Counted from the first letter of the stretch, positions 20,975-31,554 are shown. The stretch: 64,000 bases of DNA from an uncultured delta proteobacterium (GCA_963785725.1 CAWAWS010000039.1:96001-160000); one strand, 5' to 3'. The notes: generated from the letters alone by a model not told the origin. Made by a program: numbers and translations.

Positions 20975-21574
20975 ATGTACGGCGAAAAGCGATGGCTCGT
21001 GGCCGTTGCGGCGCTCTGCGCTCTCGCAGCTTGCGCGCCGGCGAGTCGCACCGTCAACGAAGTGCCGGCGGTCGTGCCGACGGTCGACACCTCGCTCGGC
21101 GTCGGCGACAGCTTCGAGGTGCGCGTCTTCGGCGAGCCCGACCTGACCGGGCTCTATCGCGTCGGGTCGGAAGGCAATATTACGTTTCCGCTCGTCGGTG
21201 ACATTCACGTCGACGGACTGGATGCGCAGGCGGCCGCGCGGCTGATTGCGTCGAAGCTGAAGCAGGGAATGCTGCGTGATCCGCAGGTGACGGTGCTCGT
21301 CAAAGAGCAGACGTCGAAGAAGATCTACGTGCTCGGGCAGGTCGGCAAGCCGGGGACGTTTACGTATACGCCGTCGATGAGCGTCGTCGAGGCGATCACG
21401 ATCGCGGGCGGCTTCTCGCCGCTGGCGGCCAAGAACGACACGACGCTCACCCGCAACGAGTCGGGCAAGAAGACGACGCTGCGCATCCCCGTCGCCGACA
21501 TCGGTGAGGGGCGCGCGCGCAACGTCTATCTGCAGCCCGGCGATATCATCTCGGTGCCCGAGCGGCTGTTCTAA
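20975..21574 (+). CDS. wza: Short OPX polysaccharide export lipoprotein (Poly_export + SLBB, no C-terminal OM helix)
   Basis: Lipobox LAAC; LG.GD.F.V.VFGE, G.I.FPLVG, V.GQV.KPG, AGGF, L.PGD.I.VPERLF; only about 200 aa. Confidence 0.9.
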   Translation: MYGEKRWLVAVAALCALAACAPASRTVNEVPAVVPTVDTSLGVGDSFEVRVFGEPDLTGLYRVGSEGNITFPLVGDIHVDGLDAQAAARLIASKLKQGMLRDPQVTVLVKEQTSKKIYVLGQVGKPGTFTYTPSMSVVEAITIAGGFSPLAAKNDTTLTRNESGKKTTLRIPVADIGEGRARNVYLQPGDIISVPERLF

Positions 21575-23910
21575 TGCCCGGCAGCTCGGCCACGGCCACG
21601 CGCGCGCATTCGCGGTGGGATCGGCCGCTGGGCGCCGCTGCCGTCGCTGTCGCTGCTGTCGCGACGTTCGCAATCGGCGGCGTGCATCCGCTGACGCAGG
21701 TCGCGCTCGGTGTCGCGGTGCTGGCGTTGACGGCGGCCTATCTGGCATCGCGCGGGAAGACCGGCGCGCGCCTCGTGCCGTTCGCGTCGCTGCTGGCGTT
21801 GATGGTCGTGGCGACGGCGCTGCAGCTCGTGCCGTTGCCGTCGCCGCTCGTGCATTTGTTGTCGCCGGCGGCGTACGACGTGCGCCGCAGCGTGACCACG
21901 TCGTGGTGGCTGCCGCTGACGCTCGATGTGCCGGCGACGCTGTTGGCGCTCGTGCGCGCGCTGTCGGGGCTAGGCGTGCTCGTCGTCGTCGCCGGGGCGG
22001 CCCGTTCGCGGCGCGCGGCGCGGCGGCTGCTGTTCGGCCTGGCGCTGCTCGGCGGCGGCTTCGCGCTCGTCGCGTTCGCGCAAAAGCTGGCCGGCTCGTC
22101 GGCGATCCTCGGGTTCTATCATCCGCGTTCGACGCCGGGCGCGGGCGTGTTCGGCACCTTGGTCGACATCAATCATGCGGCGGCGCTGTTGGCGTTGACG
22201 GCGCTGATCTCGGTCGGGCTCGGCTTCGAGCTGCCCGATCGGCGCCGCTATGTCGCCTTCGGCTGCGCGGCGTTGGCGATGGTGGCGCTGTTGATGACGA
22301 TGTCGCGCGGCGGGCTCGTCGGCTTCGCCGCCGGCGGGCTCGTGTTGATGGCGGTGCTGCTCGGGCGCTCGCTCGGCGTGGCGCGCGGTCTCGTGAGCGC
22401 GTGCGTGCTCTTGCTCGTCGCGGCGTCGGTGACGCTGTGGGCCGGCGAAGGGTTGCGCGCCCGCTTCATGCCGCCGTCGGCGAGCCAGCTGTGGCAGAAC
22501 CAAAAGACCCGCGGCTGGCGCGACGGCCTGAGCATGACCGGCGATTACCTCTGGACCGGCGTCGGGCGCGGCGCGTTCGAGGCGCCGCTGCGCGCCTATC
22601 GCGGCGACGACGAGTCGGTGCGGCTCGTCTATCCCGAGAGCTTCATCGTCGAATATGCGGCGGAGTGGGGCTGGCCGATCACGCTGGCGCTGGCGTTGTT
22701 GGCGCTCGTCGGTGTGAAGCGGACGCTGGCGGAGTGGAGCGAGCTGACGCCGGGCACGATTGGCGCGGCGGCGGGCGTCATCTCGGTGGTCGTGCACGAG
22801 CTCTTCGACTTCGCGACCGAGCTGCCGGGCGTGGCGCTGCCGGCGATGGTGGCGCTCGGCGTCGTCGCTGGGCGCGTGGCCGCGCAAGAAGACCGACCGC
22901 AGCGTTTGCGTCCGCCGGTGACGGTGCCGCTGTTGGCCCTGACGGCGTTGGCGCTCGCAGTCGCCGGCCTGTGGGCCGCGCCGCGCACGCTCGACGGCGA
23001 TGGCGCGCGCCTGCACGACGCATTCACGGCCAAAGCGCCCGATCTGACGGGCCCGCTGGCGTCGGCGATCGCGCGCCATCCCGCCGACGATTACCTCGAG
23101 CTCATCGCCGCCGAGGACGGGCTGCGCCGGCGCGACGCCGCGGGCGCGATGCATCACCTGAATCGCGCGCTGCAGCTGCACCCGGCGAACGCGCAGACGC
23201 ATCAGCTCGTGGCGCGCCTGTTGGCGAAGGCGGGACATCCGGCGCAAGCGGCGCTCGAGTATCGGCTGGCGCTGCAGCATGGGCTGCCGCCCGACTACGG
23301 CGAGCTGACGCGCGTGCTCGGTCGCTACGTCGTCGACGCCGTGCCGCAAGAGCCGCCGCGTTTGGTCGCGCTCGCCGGCAGCTTGCTGGCGATCGGTCAC
23401 GGGCCCGACGCCGTCGTCGCCTGCCGGCGCGCCGACGAGCTGTCGCAGCCGCGCGAGCCGGCGCTCGTCGCCTGCACGAAGCTGGCGCTCGATAACAACG
23501 CGCCGACGCTGCTGCTGCCGTCGGCGCTGGCGCTGGCCGAGGAAGCGAGCGAGCCGGAGTCGTTCGCGCTCGCGGCGCGGGCGTTGACCAAGGTCGGTCG
23601 CGCGCCGGCGGCGGCGGCCGTCATGGAGCGCGGCATCAAGGCGCACAGCGGGGACGGCGGCCTCGTCCTCGTCGCGGCGCGGCTGCGCTTCGAAGCCGGC
23701 GACCTGCCGGGCGCGCGAGCATTGTTGGCGCGCCGATCCGACGACGCGTTCACGCTGGCGCAGCGCGCCGAGACCGAGCTCTTGCTCGCCGACATCGCCG
23801 ACAAAGCGGGCGATCCCGAAGCGGCGGTCGTCGCGCGGGCGCGAGCGCGCATGGTCGAGCGACGCATGAAAGAATCTTCGTTCAACCAACCCGAGGGACA
23901 GCGCAAGTGA
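21574..23910 (+). CDS. O-antigen ligase (WaaL/Wzy_C)-like membrane protein with C-terminal TPR-like helical region
   Basis: Many TM helices; GT...NH.A.LL, T.SRGG, TGVG.GAF, E.....AEWG, H...DF motifs. Confidence 0.8.
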   Translation: MPGSSATATRAHSRWDRPLGAAAVAVAAVATFAIGGVHPLTQVALGVAVLALTAAYLASRGKTGARLVPFASLLALMVVATALQLVPLPSPLVHLLSPAAYDVRRSVTTSWWLPLTLDVPATLLALVRALSGLGVLVVVAGAARSRRAARRLLFGLALLGGGFALVAFAQKLAGSSAILGFYHPRSTPGAGVFGTLVDINHAAALLALTALISVGLGFELPDRRRYVAFGCAALAMVALLMTMSRGGLVGFAAGGLVLMAVLLGRSLGVARGLVSACVLLLVAASVTLWAGEGLRARFMPPSASQLWQNQKTRGWRDGLSMTGDYLWTGVGRGAFEAPLRAYRGDDESVRLVYPESFIVEYAAEWGWPITLALALLALVGVKRTLAEWSELTPGTIGAAAGVISVVVHELFDFATELPGVALPAMVALGVVAGRVAAQEDRPQRLRPPVTVPLLALTALALAVAGLWAAPRTLDGDGARLHDAFTAKAPDLTGPLASAIARHPADDYLELIAAEDGLRRRDAAGAMHHLNRALQLHPANAQTHQLVARLLAKAGHPAQAALEYRLALQHGLPPDYGELTRVLGRYVVDAVPQEPPRLVALAGSLLAIGHGPDAVVACRRADELSQPREPALVACTKLALDNNAPTLLLPSALALAEEASEPESFALAARALTKVGRAPAAAAVMERGIKAHSGDGGLVLVAARLRFEAGDLPGARALLARRSDDAFTLAQRAETELLLADIADKAGDPEAAVVARARARMVERRMKESSFNQPEGQRK

Positions 23911-23947
23911 CCATGCGAGTCGACATTTCGTCCGCGCCCGTGCATTC

Positions 23948-24964
23948 GTGAGCCTGCTCGTGACCGGCGGCGCCGGCTTCATCGGCGCCAACTTCGTGCG
24001 TCGTCGTCGGCACAGCGAGCCGGGCGAGAAGCTCGTCGTGCTCGACGCGCTCACCTACGCCGGCAACTTGGCCTCGCTCGACGGCATCGACGGCGTCACC
24101 TTCGTGCGCGGCGACATTTGCGACGGCGCCGTCGTCGAAGCCACGCTGCGCGACCATGGCGTCGACACCATCGTGCACTTCGCCGCCGAGAGCCACGTCG
24201 ATCGCTCGATCCTCGGGCCGGGCGCGTTCGTGCAGACCAACGTCGTCGGCACGCTGACGCTGCTGGAGAAGGCGAAAGCGGCCGGCATCAAGCGCTTCCT
24301 GCACGTCTCCACCGACGAAGTTTACGGCGATCTGGCCATGGACGACCCGGCCTTCACCGAGGCGACGCCGATTCGTCCGCGCTCGCCCTATTCGGCGTCG
24401 AAGGCGGGCTCCGATCACTTGGTGCACGCCTGGTTCGAGACCTACAAGTTCCCGACGCTGATCACGCGCTGTTCGAATAATTACGGCCCATTTCAGTTTC
24501 CCGAGAAGTTGATTCCGCTGATGATATTGAACGCGATGGCGGACTTGCCGCTGCCGGTTTACGGCGACGGCATGAACGTGCGCGACTGGATTCACGTCGA
24601 GGATCACTGCGATGCCATCGCGCGCGTGCTCGCCGCCGGCAAAGAGGGCGAGGTCTACAACGTCGGCGGACGCAGCGAGAAACCCAATATCGAGATCGTC
24701 AAAACGATATTGAATATCCTGAATAAGCCCGAGTCGCTGATTCGTTATGTCGCCGACCGGCCCGGGCACGATCGCCGCTACGCCATCGACGACCGCAAGA
24801 TCGAGCGCGACCTCGGCTGGACGCGCGCGCGCCGCTTCGACGAGGGCTTGCGCGCGACGGTCGCCTGGTATCGCGCCAACGAGCCGTGGTGGCGCGCCAT
24901 CAAATCGGGCGAATACACCAGCTGGTACGAGCGCAATTACGGCGGGCGCGGAGCGGCCAAGTGA
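23948..24964 (+). CDS. rmlB: dTDP-glucose 4,6-dehydratase
   Basis: [53 protein letters not shown]. Confidence 0.97.
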   Translation: MSLLVTGGAGFIGANFVRRRRHSEPGEKLVVLDALTYAGNLASLDGIDGVTFVRGDICDGAVVEATLRDHGVDTIVHFAAESHVDRSILGPGAFVQTNVVGTLTLLEKAKAAGIKRFLHVSTDEVYGDLAMDDPAFTEATPIRPRSPYSASKAGSDHLVHAWFETYKFPTLITRCSNNYGPFQFPEKLIPLMILNAMADLPLPVYGDGMNVRDWIHVEDHCDAIARVLAAGKEGEVYNVGGRSEKPNIEIVKTILNILNKPESLIRYVADRPGHDRRYAIDDRKIERDLGWTRARRFDEGLRATVAWYRANEPWWRAIKSGEYTSWYERNYGGRGAAK

Positions 24965-25803
24965 GGCTCGTCGTCCTCGGCGCCGGCGGCTTGCTCGGCC
25001 GGCACATCGTGCTCGAAGCGGCGCGCGCCGGCCTCGACGTCGCCGGCTTCACGCGCGCGCAGTGCGACATCACCGACTCGGCGGTGGTGCACGCGCGCGT
25101 CGCCGGCGCCACAGCGGTCATCAACTGCGCGGCCTTCACCAACGTCGACGGCGCCGAAGCGGACGAAGACGGCGCCTATCGCGCCAACGCGCTCGGCGCC
25201 GAATACGCGGCGCGCGCGGCGGCGGCGACGGGCGCGCGCCTCGTGCACGTCTCCACCGACTTCGTGTTCGACGGCGCGCAGCCGCTGCCGTACGACGAAT
25301 TCGCCACGCCCAATCCGCAGTCGGTTTACGCGCGCAGCAAGCGCGCGGGCGAGATCCTGGCCGAGCGCGCGCTGGCCGAGCTGTTCCTCGTGCGTGTGCA
25401 GGGCCTTTATGGTCGCGGCGGCGCCAACTTCTCGTCGAAGCTGCGTCAGCTCGTGCTCGACCAAAAGCCGCTCAAGCTCGATGGCGAGCGGCGCGTGCAG
25501 CCGACCTGGGCGCGCGCCGCGGCGCTGCAGATCTTGAAGCTGGCGGCCGGCGACGCCTACGGCACCTATCACGTCAGCTGCAAAGGCGAGACGACGTGGG
25601 CCGGCTTCACCGAGCGGCTCGCCGCGCGCTTGGCGCAGCCGGCGCGCTGGACCGTCGTCGGCACGGCCGAGCTGAAGGCGCCCGCGGCGCGGCCGCCGAA
25701 CTGCCTGTTCCAGCAGCGCATGCTGGCCTTGCGCGGGCTCGACCTCATGCCCACGTGGGAAGCGGCGCAAGACTCCTACCTCGAAGAAGAGCAGGCCTCA
25801 TGA
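24961..25803 (+). CDS. rmlD: dTDP-4-dehydrorhamnose reductase
   Basis: [38 protein letters not shown] overlap with rmlB. Confidence 0.93.
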   Translation: MRLVVLGAGGLLGRHIVLEAARAGLDVAGFTRAQCDITDSAVVHARVAGATAVINCAAFTNVDGAEADEDGAYRANALGAEYAARAAAATGARLVHVSTDFVFDGAQPLPYDEFATPNPQSVYARSKRAGEILAERALAELFLVRVQGLYGRGGANFSSKLRQLVLDQKPLKLDGERRVQPTWARAAALQILKLAAGDAYGTYHVSCKGETTWAGFTERLAARLAQPARWTVVGTAELKAPAARPPNCLFQQRMLALRGLDLMPTWEAAQDSYLEEEQAS

Positions 25804-26675
25804 AGGGAATCGTCCTCGCCGGCGGCTCGGGCACGCGGCTCTATCCGCTCACGCGCGTCGTCTCCAAGCAGCTGTTGCCGATCTACGACAAGCCGATGGT
25901 GTACTACCCGCTGACGACGCTGATGCTGGCGGGGATTCGCGAGATCCTCATCATCTCGACGCCGGCGGATACGCCGCGCTTTGCCGAGCTGCTCGGCGAC
26001 GGCGCGCAGTGGGGCGTGCGCTTCGAGTATGCGGTGCAGGCGGTGCCGAATGGGCTGGCGCAGGCGTTCGTCATCGGGCGCGACTTCGTGGGCGCGAATT
26101 CCAAGGACGGCTGCGCGCTCGTGCTCGGCGACAATATCTTCTACGGCCACGGACTGTCGGAGCAGGTGCAGCACGCGGCGCAGCAGCAGTCGGGCGCGAC
26201 GGTGTTCGGCTATTGGGTCAAAGACCCCGAGCGCTACGGCGTGGTCGAGCTCGACGCGCACAACAACGCGCTGTCGATCGAGGAGAAGCCGAAGGCGCCG
26301 AAGTCGCACTATGCGGTGACCGGCCTGTATTTCTACGATCATCAGGTGCTCGACATCGCCCGCGATCTGGCGCCGTCGGCGCGCGGCGAATACGAGATCA
26401 CGGACGTCAACGCCGAGTATCTGCGGCGGAAGCAGCTGCGCGTCGAGGTCATGGGGCGCGGCTATGCCTGGCTCGACACCGGGACGCACGAGTCGCTGAT
26501 GGAAGCGTCGACATTCATTCAGATCATCGAGCATCGTCAGGGCTTGAAGGTCGCCTGCCCCGAAGAGATCGCCTGGCGCATGGGCTTCATCGACGACGAG
26601 AAGCTGCTGGCGCTGGCGGCGCCGATGGCCAAGAACGAATATGGCCGCTATTTGCAGGCGCTGGTGCGCGGGTGA
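25800..26675 (+). CDS. rmlA: Glucose-1-phosphate thymidylyltransferase
   Basis: [17 protein letters not shown]...[25 protein letters not shown]. Confidence 0.97.
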   Translation: MKGIVLAGGSGTRLYPLTRVVSKQLLPIYDKPMVYYPLTTLMLAGIREILIISTPADTPRFAELLGDGAQWGVRFEYAVQAVPNGLAQAFVIGRDFVGANSKDGCALVLGDNIFYGHGLSEQVQHAAQQQSGATVFGYWVKDPERYGVVELDAHNNALSIEEKPKAPKSHYAVTGLYFYDHQVLDIARDLAPSARGEYEITDVNAEYLRRKQLRVEVMGRGYAWLDTGTHESLMEASTFIQIIEHRQGLKVACPEEIAWRMGFIDDEKLLALAAPMAKNEYGRYLQALVRG

Positions 26676-27217
26676 AGGTCACCGAGACGTCGCTGCCGGG
26701 CGTGCTCGTGCTCGAGCCGCGGCAATTCACCGACGAGCGCGGCTTCTTCACCGAGCTGTTCGTGGCGTCGCGCTATCCGGCGCTGGGCGTGCCCGAGACG
26801 TTCGCGCAGGACAATTTCTCGCGCTCCAAGCGCGGCGTGCTGCGCGGCCTGCATTTTCAAGAGCCGAACGCGCAAGGCAAGCTGGTGCAGGTGCTGGCCG
26901 GCGTCGTGTTCGATGTCGCCGTCGACGTGCGCCGCGGCTCGCCGACGTTCGGCCGCTGGTTCGGCCTCGAGCTCACCGGCGACACGCCGAAGCAGCTGTG
27001 GGTGCCGCCGGGATTCGCGCACGGCTTCTGCGTCATGTCCGAGCGCGCCGACTTCTTGTACAAGTGCACGACGCCGTATTCGCCGGCGCACGAGCGGTCG
27101 ATCTTGTGGAACGACCCGGCGCTGGCGATCGATTGGCCGGTGCAGACGCCGCTGTTGTCGCCCAAAGACGCGCAAGCGCCCACGCTCGCGGACGCGCCGT
27201 TCCTGCCGAATTATTAG
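26672..27217 (+). CDS. rmlC: dTDP-4-dehydrorhamnose 3,5-epimerase
   Basis: [40 protein letters not shown]. Confidence 0.97.
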   Translation: MKVTETSLPGVLVLEPRQFTDERGFFTELFVASRYPALGVPETFAQDNFSRSKRGVLRGLHFQEPNAQGKLVQVLAGVVFDVAVDVRRGSPTFGRWFGLELTGDTPKQLWVPPGFAHGFCVMSERADFLYKCTTPYSPAHERSILWNDPALAIDWPVQTPLLSPKDAQAPTLADAPFLPNY

Positions 27218-27226
27218 TCTCGCTGA

Positions 27227-29023
27227 CTATTCTAGCGCGATACGCATGCGGCGATAGCGCAACCCGGCGTCGCGGCAGAGCTGCGCCAGCTGCGCGTTGC
27301 GATCGACCGTCAGCCGCGCCGTCGACACGACCAGCTCGTCGACGCGCTCTTGGTCGATGAGCTGACCCAAGCGATCGAGCGGACCCAAGACGCGCACACC
27401 GTGGATGACGCGGCCATGCTTCTGCGGATCGTCGTCGACGAAGCCGACCGCTTGTAGGCCATGATCGCGGTTCTGCATCAGCTCGCGCAACAGCAGCTCG
27501 CCGCCGTCGCCGGCGCCGTAGATGAGGATGCGCTTGCCGACCGGACCGGTCTGCAGCCGCGCGATCCAGCTGCGCATGAGGCGGAACGAGATGCGGCTGG
27601 CGGTGACGCCGGCGAAGAGCAAGAGGCCGTCGAGGATCAAGACCGAGCGCGAGAAGCTCTCGAGGCGGAAGGCGAAGACGATGGCCAAGGTCGAGACGAC
27701 CCACGCGCCCATGACCGCGCGCAGCTGCCGCGACAGATCGCTCATCGACGTGTAGCGCCACAAGCCGTCGTAGAGGCCGAGCACCAAGAACGCGCCCAGC
27801 TGCAGCACGAGCACGATCGGCAGCGACTGCAGGAATTGGCGGTAATACGGCATCACCAGCTCGCCGTCGAAGCGCAGGAGAAACGCCGCGTAGTAGGCGA
27901 GCACGACGACGATGAGGTCGCACAAGACCTCGAAGATGCGGCGCTTGTAGGTGAAGTCGGCGAGCGTCGGCAAGAGCGCGCGGCCGCGGGCGTCGCCTTC
28001 GTCGGCGACGGGCTGATAGACCTTCACGTGGCCGATGAAGATGGCGCAGAAGAGGCACGCCATGAAGAAGCTGGGAACGAGCAGCGCGCCGATCATCCAC
28101 GACGAGTTGCGCACCAAGACCGCGACGGCGCCCGAGAGACCGGCCAGCGTCCACAAGGTCAAGGCGGCGTTCAATTCCGAGAGGCCGAGCGCGACCAGGC
28201 GATGCGACGTGTGATCGCGCCCGCCTTGCGACACCGGCCGGCCGGCCATGCGCCGCGAGATCGTCACCAGCGTCGTATCGACGATCGGAATCAGCAGCAA
28301 GAGCACGGGGATCGCGAGGACCGCGATGATGTTGCGGCGAATGCCGCCTTGATTGTTGACCAGCGTGACCGCGCCGAGGAAGAAGCCGAAGAACAGCGAG
28401 CCGCAGTCGCCCATGAAGATCGACGCCGGGTTGACGTTGAAGACGAGGAAGCCGATGACGGCGCCCGAGAACGCCGCCGCCAAGTAGGCGGCCGTGACGA
28501 AGCCGCCCGTGTGGCAAAAGTAGACGAGATAGAGCGCGGCGATGGCGGCGATGCCGCCGGCCAAGCCGTCGAGGTTGTCGAGCAGGTTGATGGCGTTGGT
28601 GACGCCGACGAGCCAGAAGATCGTGAGGCCGCGGTCGAGGACCTCCGACGGCAGCCAATGCAGACGCAAGCCGAACATCGTGATCGCCGTGCAAAACAGG
28701 ATCTGCCCGACGAGCTTGGCGTACGGCTTGAGCTGCACGGCGTCGTCGATGAGCCCGACGAGGAACATGCCGCTCGCGCACAGCAGCAGCAGGTTCGCGC
28801 CCGGCGCATGCGGCGGCCGCTTGATGAACAGCGTGGTGACGAGGAACGCGACGAAGATGCCGACGCCGCCGTAGAGCGCGGTCGGCTTCTTGTGCCAGCG
28901 ATCGGCGCGCGGCTTGGCGACGAGCTTCCAGTGGCGCGCCGTCGTGCGCACGACGAAGGTGAGCGCGACAGACAGCGCCAAGGCGACCGCAAAGCTCCAG
29001 CCGTATTGCGCGATGCTTGGCAC
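27227..29023 (-). CDS. WecA/MraY-like PNPT fused to a C-terminal 4-TM + Rossmann (CoA-binding-like) region
   Basis: GLIDD, NAINLLDNLDGLA, FN.NPASIFMGD.GS, DH.SHRL; then ILIYGAGDGG, GFVDDDP.K.G..I.GV.VLG. Confidence 0.88.
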   Translation of the reverse strand: MPSIAQYGWSFAVALALSVALTFVVRTTARHWKLVAKPRADRWHKKPTALYGGVGIFVAFLVTTLFIKRPPHAPGANLLLLCASGMFLVGLIDDAVQLKPYAKLVGQILFCTAITMFGLRLHWLPSEVLDRGLTIFWLVGVTNAINLLDNLDGLAGGIAAIAALYLVYFCHTGGFVTAAYLAAAFSGAVIGFLVFNVNPASIFMGDCGSLFFGFFLGAVTLVNNQGGIRRNIIAVLAIPVLLLLIPIVDTTLVTISRRMAGRPVSQGGRDHTSHRLVALGLSELNAALTLWTLAGLSGAVAVLVRNSSWMIGALLVPSFFMACLFCAIFIGHVKVYQPVADEGDARGRALLPTLADFTYKRRIFEVLCDLIVVVLAYYAAFLLRFDGELVMPYYRQFLQSLPIVLVLQLGAFLVLGLYDGLWRYTSMSDLSRQLRAVMGAWVVSTLAIVFAFRLESFSRSVLILDGLLLFAGVTASRISFRLMRSWIARLQTGPVGKRILIYGAGDGGELLLRELMQNRDHGLQAVGFVDDDPQKHGRVIHGVRVLGPLDRLGQLIDQERVDELVVSTARLTVDRNAQLAQLCRDAGLRYRRMRIALE

Positions 29024-29102
29024 TGCCCCCGCCCTTCTTCTTATGCTTCGTGCTGCGACTGCTTAAGGCTTGGTGATTGTACGTGTTCCCGAGCCGTTCA
29101 GA

Positions 29103-30071
29103 TCAAGCGCCGGCGCGCCGCTGGTACTCGATGACGTCGGTCAAGATCTGCGGCAGCGTGATCGTCGGCTTCCAGCCGATGGCCGCGCCGATCTTGGCCA
29201 AGTCGGGCACGCGTCGCGGCATGTCCTCGAAGCCCTCTTCGTAGGCCTTTTCGTACGGGATGTGCACGATCTCCGACTTCGACTTGCACATCTCGCGCAC
29301 GGTCTTGGCGAGGTCGTTGATCGAGATCTCGGTGTTGTTGCCGATGTTGAAGACGTGGCCGTAGCTGGCTTCATGGTCGAGCAGGCCGATGAGCGCGCGC
29401 ACGACGTCGCTGACGTGGGTGAAGCAGCGCGACTGCTTGCCGTCGCCGAAGACGGTGATCGGCTCGTTCGCCAGCGCCTGACGCACGAAGTTCGGCACCA
29501 CCATGCCGTACTGACCGGTCTGGCGCGGGCCGACCGTGTTGAAGAGGCGCGCCAACACCGTCGGCAGTTTGCGCTCTTTCCAGTAGGCGATGGCGAGGAA
29601 CTCGTCGATCGCCTTGCTGCAGGCGTACGACCAGCGGCCCTTCGTCGTCGCGCCCATGACCAAGTCGCCGTCCTCGCGGAAGGGGAACTGCTCCGACTTG
29701 CCGTAGACTTCGCTCGTCGAGGCCACGAAGATCGGGCGCTTCTTCTTGTTGGCGAGATCGAGCATGATCTCGGTGAGCCCGATGTTGGTCTCCATCGTGC
29801 GCACCGGCGATTCGACGATCAGCTTGACGCCGACGGCGGCCGCCAGGTGATAGATCTTGTCGCAGCCGTCGACGAGCTCGGCCATGAGGTGCCGATTCGA
29901 GCAGCTGTCGATCGTGTAATGAAAGCGATCGTGCGTCTTGAGGTGGCGGATGTTGTTGATGCTGCCGGTCGAGAAGTCATCGACGACGTAGACTTCGTGG
30001 CCGCGGCGCAGCAGCTCTTCGGCGAGATGTGAGCCGATGAAGCCGGCGCCGCCTGTAATGAGATAACGCAT
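29103..30071 (-). CDS. NAD-dependent nucleotide-sugar epimerase/dehydratase
   Basis: [40 protein letters not shown]. Confidence 0.92.
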   Translation of the reverse strand: MRYLITGGAGFIGSHLAEELLRRGHEVYVVDDFSTGSINNIRHLKTHDRFHYTIDSCSNRHLMAELVDGCDKIYHLAAAVGVKLIVESPVRTMETNIGLTEIMLDLANKKKRPIFVASTSEVYGKSEQFPFREDGDLVMGATTKGRWSYACSKAIDEFLAIAYWKERKLPTVLARLFNTVGPRQTGQYGMVVPNFVRQALANEPITVFGDGKQSRCFTHVSDVVRALIGLLDHEASYGHVFNIGNNTEISINDLAKTVREMCKSKSEIVHIPYEKAYEEGFEDMPRRVPDLAKIGAAIGWKPTITLPQILTDVIEYQRRAGA

Positions 30072-30121
30072 TAAAATGTATGCCCTCGTAACGTTGGTGG
30101 ACTTCTAGCATAATAACATTC

Positions 30122-31198
30122 ATGCGTCACCCCGACGTGCCTATGGCGCGCCCGTTTCTCGGGGTCGAGGAGGAGGCCGCGGCCGCCCGAGTCTTGCGCT
30201 CGGGCTGGATCATGCAGGGCCCGGAAGTGGCCGCGTTCGAGCGGGAATTCGCCGATTTCGTGGGCGCGCCGCACGCCTGCGCCACGTCGAGCGGCACGTC
30301 CGCGCTGCACTTAGGTCTGCTTGCGATCGGGGTGCGTCCAGGCGACGAGGTCATCACCGTCAGCCACTCCTTCGTCGCCACCGCCAACAGCATTCGCTAT
30401 TGCGGCGCCACGCCCGTCTTCGTCGACATCGAGCCCGAGACCTACAACATCGACGTCCGCTCGATCGAGCGCGCGCTGACGCCGAAGACGCGCGCGATCT
30501 TGTGCGTGCATCAGCTCGGGCAGCCGTGCGACGTGCGCGCGATCGTCGACTTGGCGCGCGCGCGCGGCCTCGGCGTCGTCGAGGACGCGGCGTGCGCGGC
30601 CGGCAGCGAGCTCGAGTGGCACGGCCGTTGGGAGCGCATCGGCAAGCCGCACGGCGACGTCGCCTGCTTCTCGTTTCACCCGCGCAAGCTGATCACGACC
30701 GGCGACGGCGGCATGGTGACGACGGCCGACGCGACGATGGACGCGAACCTGCGCGCCTGGCGGTCGCACACGGCGGCGGCGGGGATCGTCGGGTTCAACT
30801 ATCGGCTCACCGACGTGCAAGCGGCGATCGGGCGCGTGCAGCTCGGTCGCTTGCCGGGACTGGTCGCCGAGAGGGAGAACCTCGTCGCGACGTTGCGGCA
30901 GCGCTTGCCGGGGCTGCGTTTCCCGTCGCTGCCGGCGTGGGCGCGGACGAACTGGCAGAGCTTGTGCGTGCGGCTGCCGTCGGCGGAGGCGGCGACGGCG
31001 CTGTTGGCGCGGCTGGCCGACGCGGGCATCGCGGCGCGGCCGGGGCTCGTCAACGCGCACGAGCTGCCGGGTCAGCGTGACGGGGTGCGCGCGCCGCTGC
31101 CCGAGTCGGAGCGCGCGGCGCGCGAGTGCGTCCTGCTGCCGCTGCCGTCGGGGATGACGGCGCGAGAGATCGATCGCGTCGCGGCCGCCGTCGGCTGA
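30122..31198 (+). CDS. DegT/DnrJ/EryC1/StrS sugar aminotransferase
   Basis: GP.V..FE.EFA, SGTSALH, EDAACA.G, FSFHPRK.ITTGDGGM, GFNYRLTD. Confidence 0.9.
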   Translation: MRHPDVPMARPFLGVEEEAAAARVLRSGWIMQGPEVAAFEREFADFVGAPHACATSSGTSALHLGLLAIGVRPGDEVITVSHSFVATANSIRYCGATPVFVDIEPETYNIDVRSIERALTPKTRAILCVHQLGQPCDVRAIVDLARARGLGVVEDAACAAGSELEWHGRWERIGKPHGDVACFSFHPRKLITTGDGGMVTTADATMDANLRAWRSHTAAAGIVGFNYRLTDVQAAIGRVQLGRLPGLVAERENLVATLRQRLPGLRFPSLPAWARTNWQSLCVRLPSAEAATALLARLADAGIAARPGLVNAHELPGQRDGVRAPLPESERAARECVLLPLPSGMTAREIDRVAAAVG

Positions 31199-31203
31199 GC
31201 GCG

Positions 31204-31554
31204 TCAGCGACGATGGGCGACGACGCGTAAGGTGTCGCCGAGTCGGCTGGCTCTGGCGACGCCGTTGATGGCCTCGATGGCCAAGTCCGCGACGCGCGCG
31301 CGCACCGAGCTGCGGCTGCCGGCGTCCCGAACGCCGTCGTCGCTGGGCAGCGCGATCGGCGCCGCCGGGCGCGGCTGCGTCGGCGCGGCCGCCGGGGCCG
31401 GCGTGGGCGTGCGCGGCTGGAACGACGCGCCGCAGCTCGGGCAGGCGGCGAGCACGAGCGGGCCGCCGCCGATCGCCTCTTTGCCGGCGACGGCACGCTG
31501 GCGATAAGGGCCGCTGTGGCCGCACGCGGGACAGGCGCGGATCGGTTGGCTCAA
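31204..31554 (-). CDS. Small CxxC...CxxC protein; possible internally deleted methyltransferase remnant
   Basis: CPACG...CPSCG and terminal SRLGDTLRVVA; TTG start overlapping the upstream GT stop. Confidence 0.45.
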   Translation of the reverse strand: MSQPIRACPACGHSGPYRQRAVAGKEAIGGGPLVLAACPSCGASFQPRTPTPAPAAAPTQPRPAAPIALPSDDGVRDAGSRSSVRARVADLAIEAINGVARASRLGDTLRVVAHRR

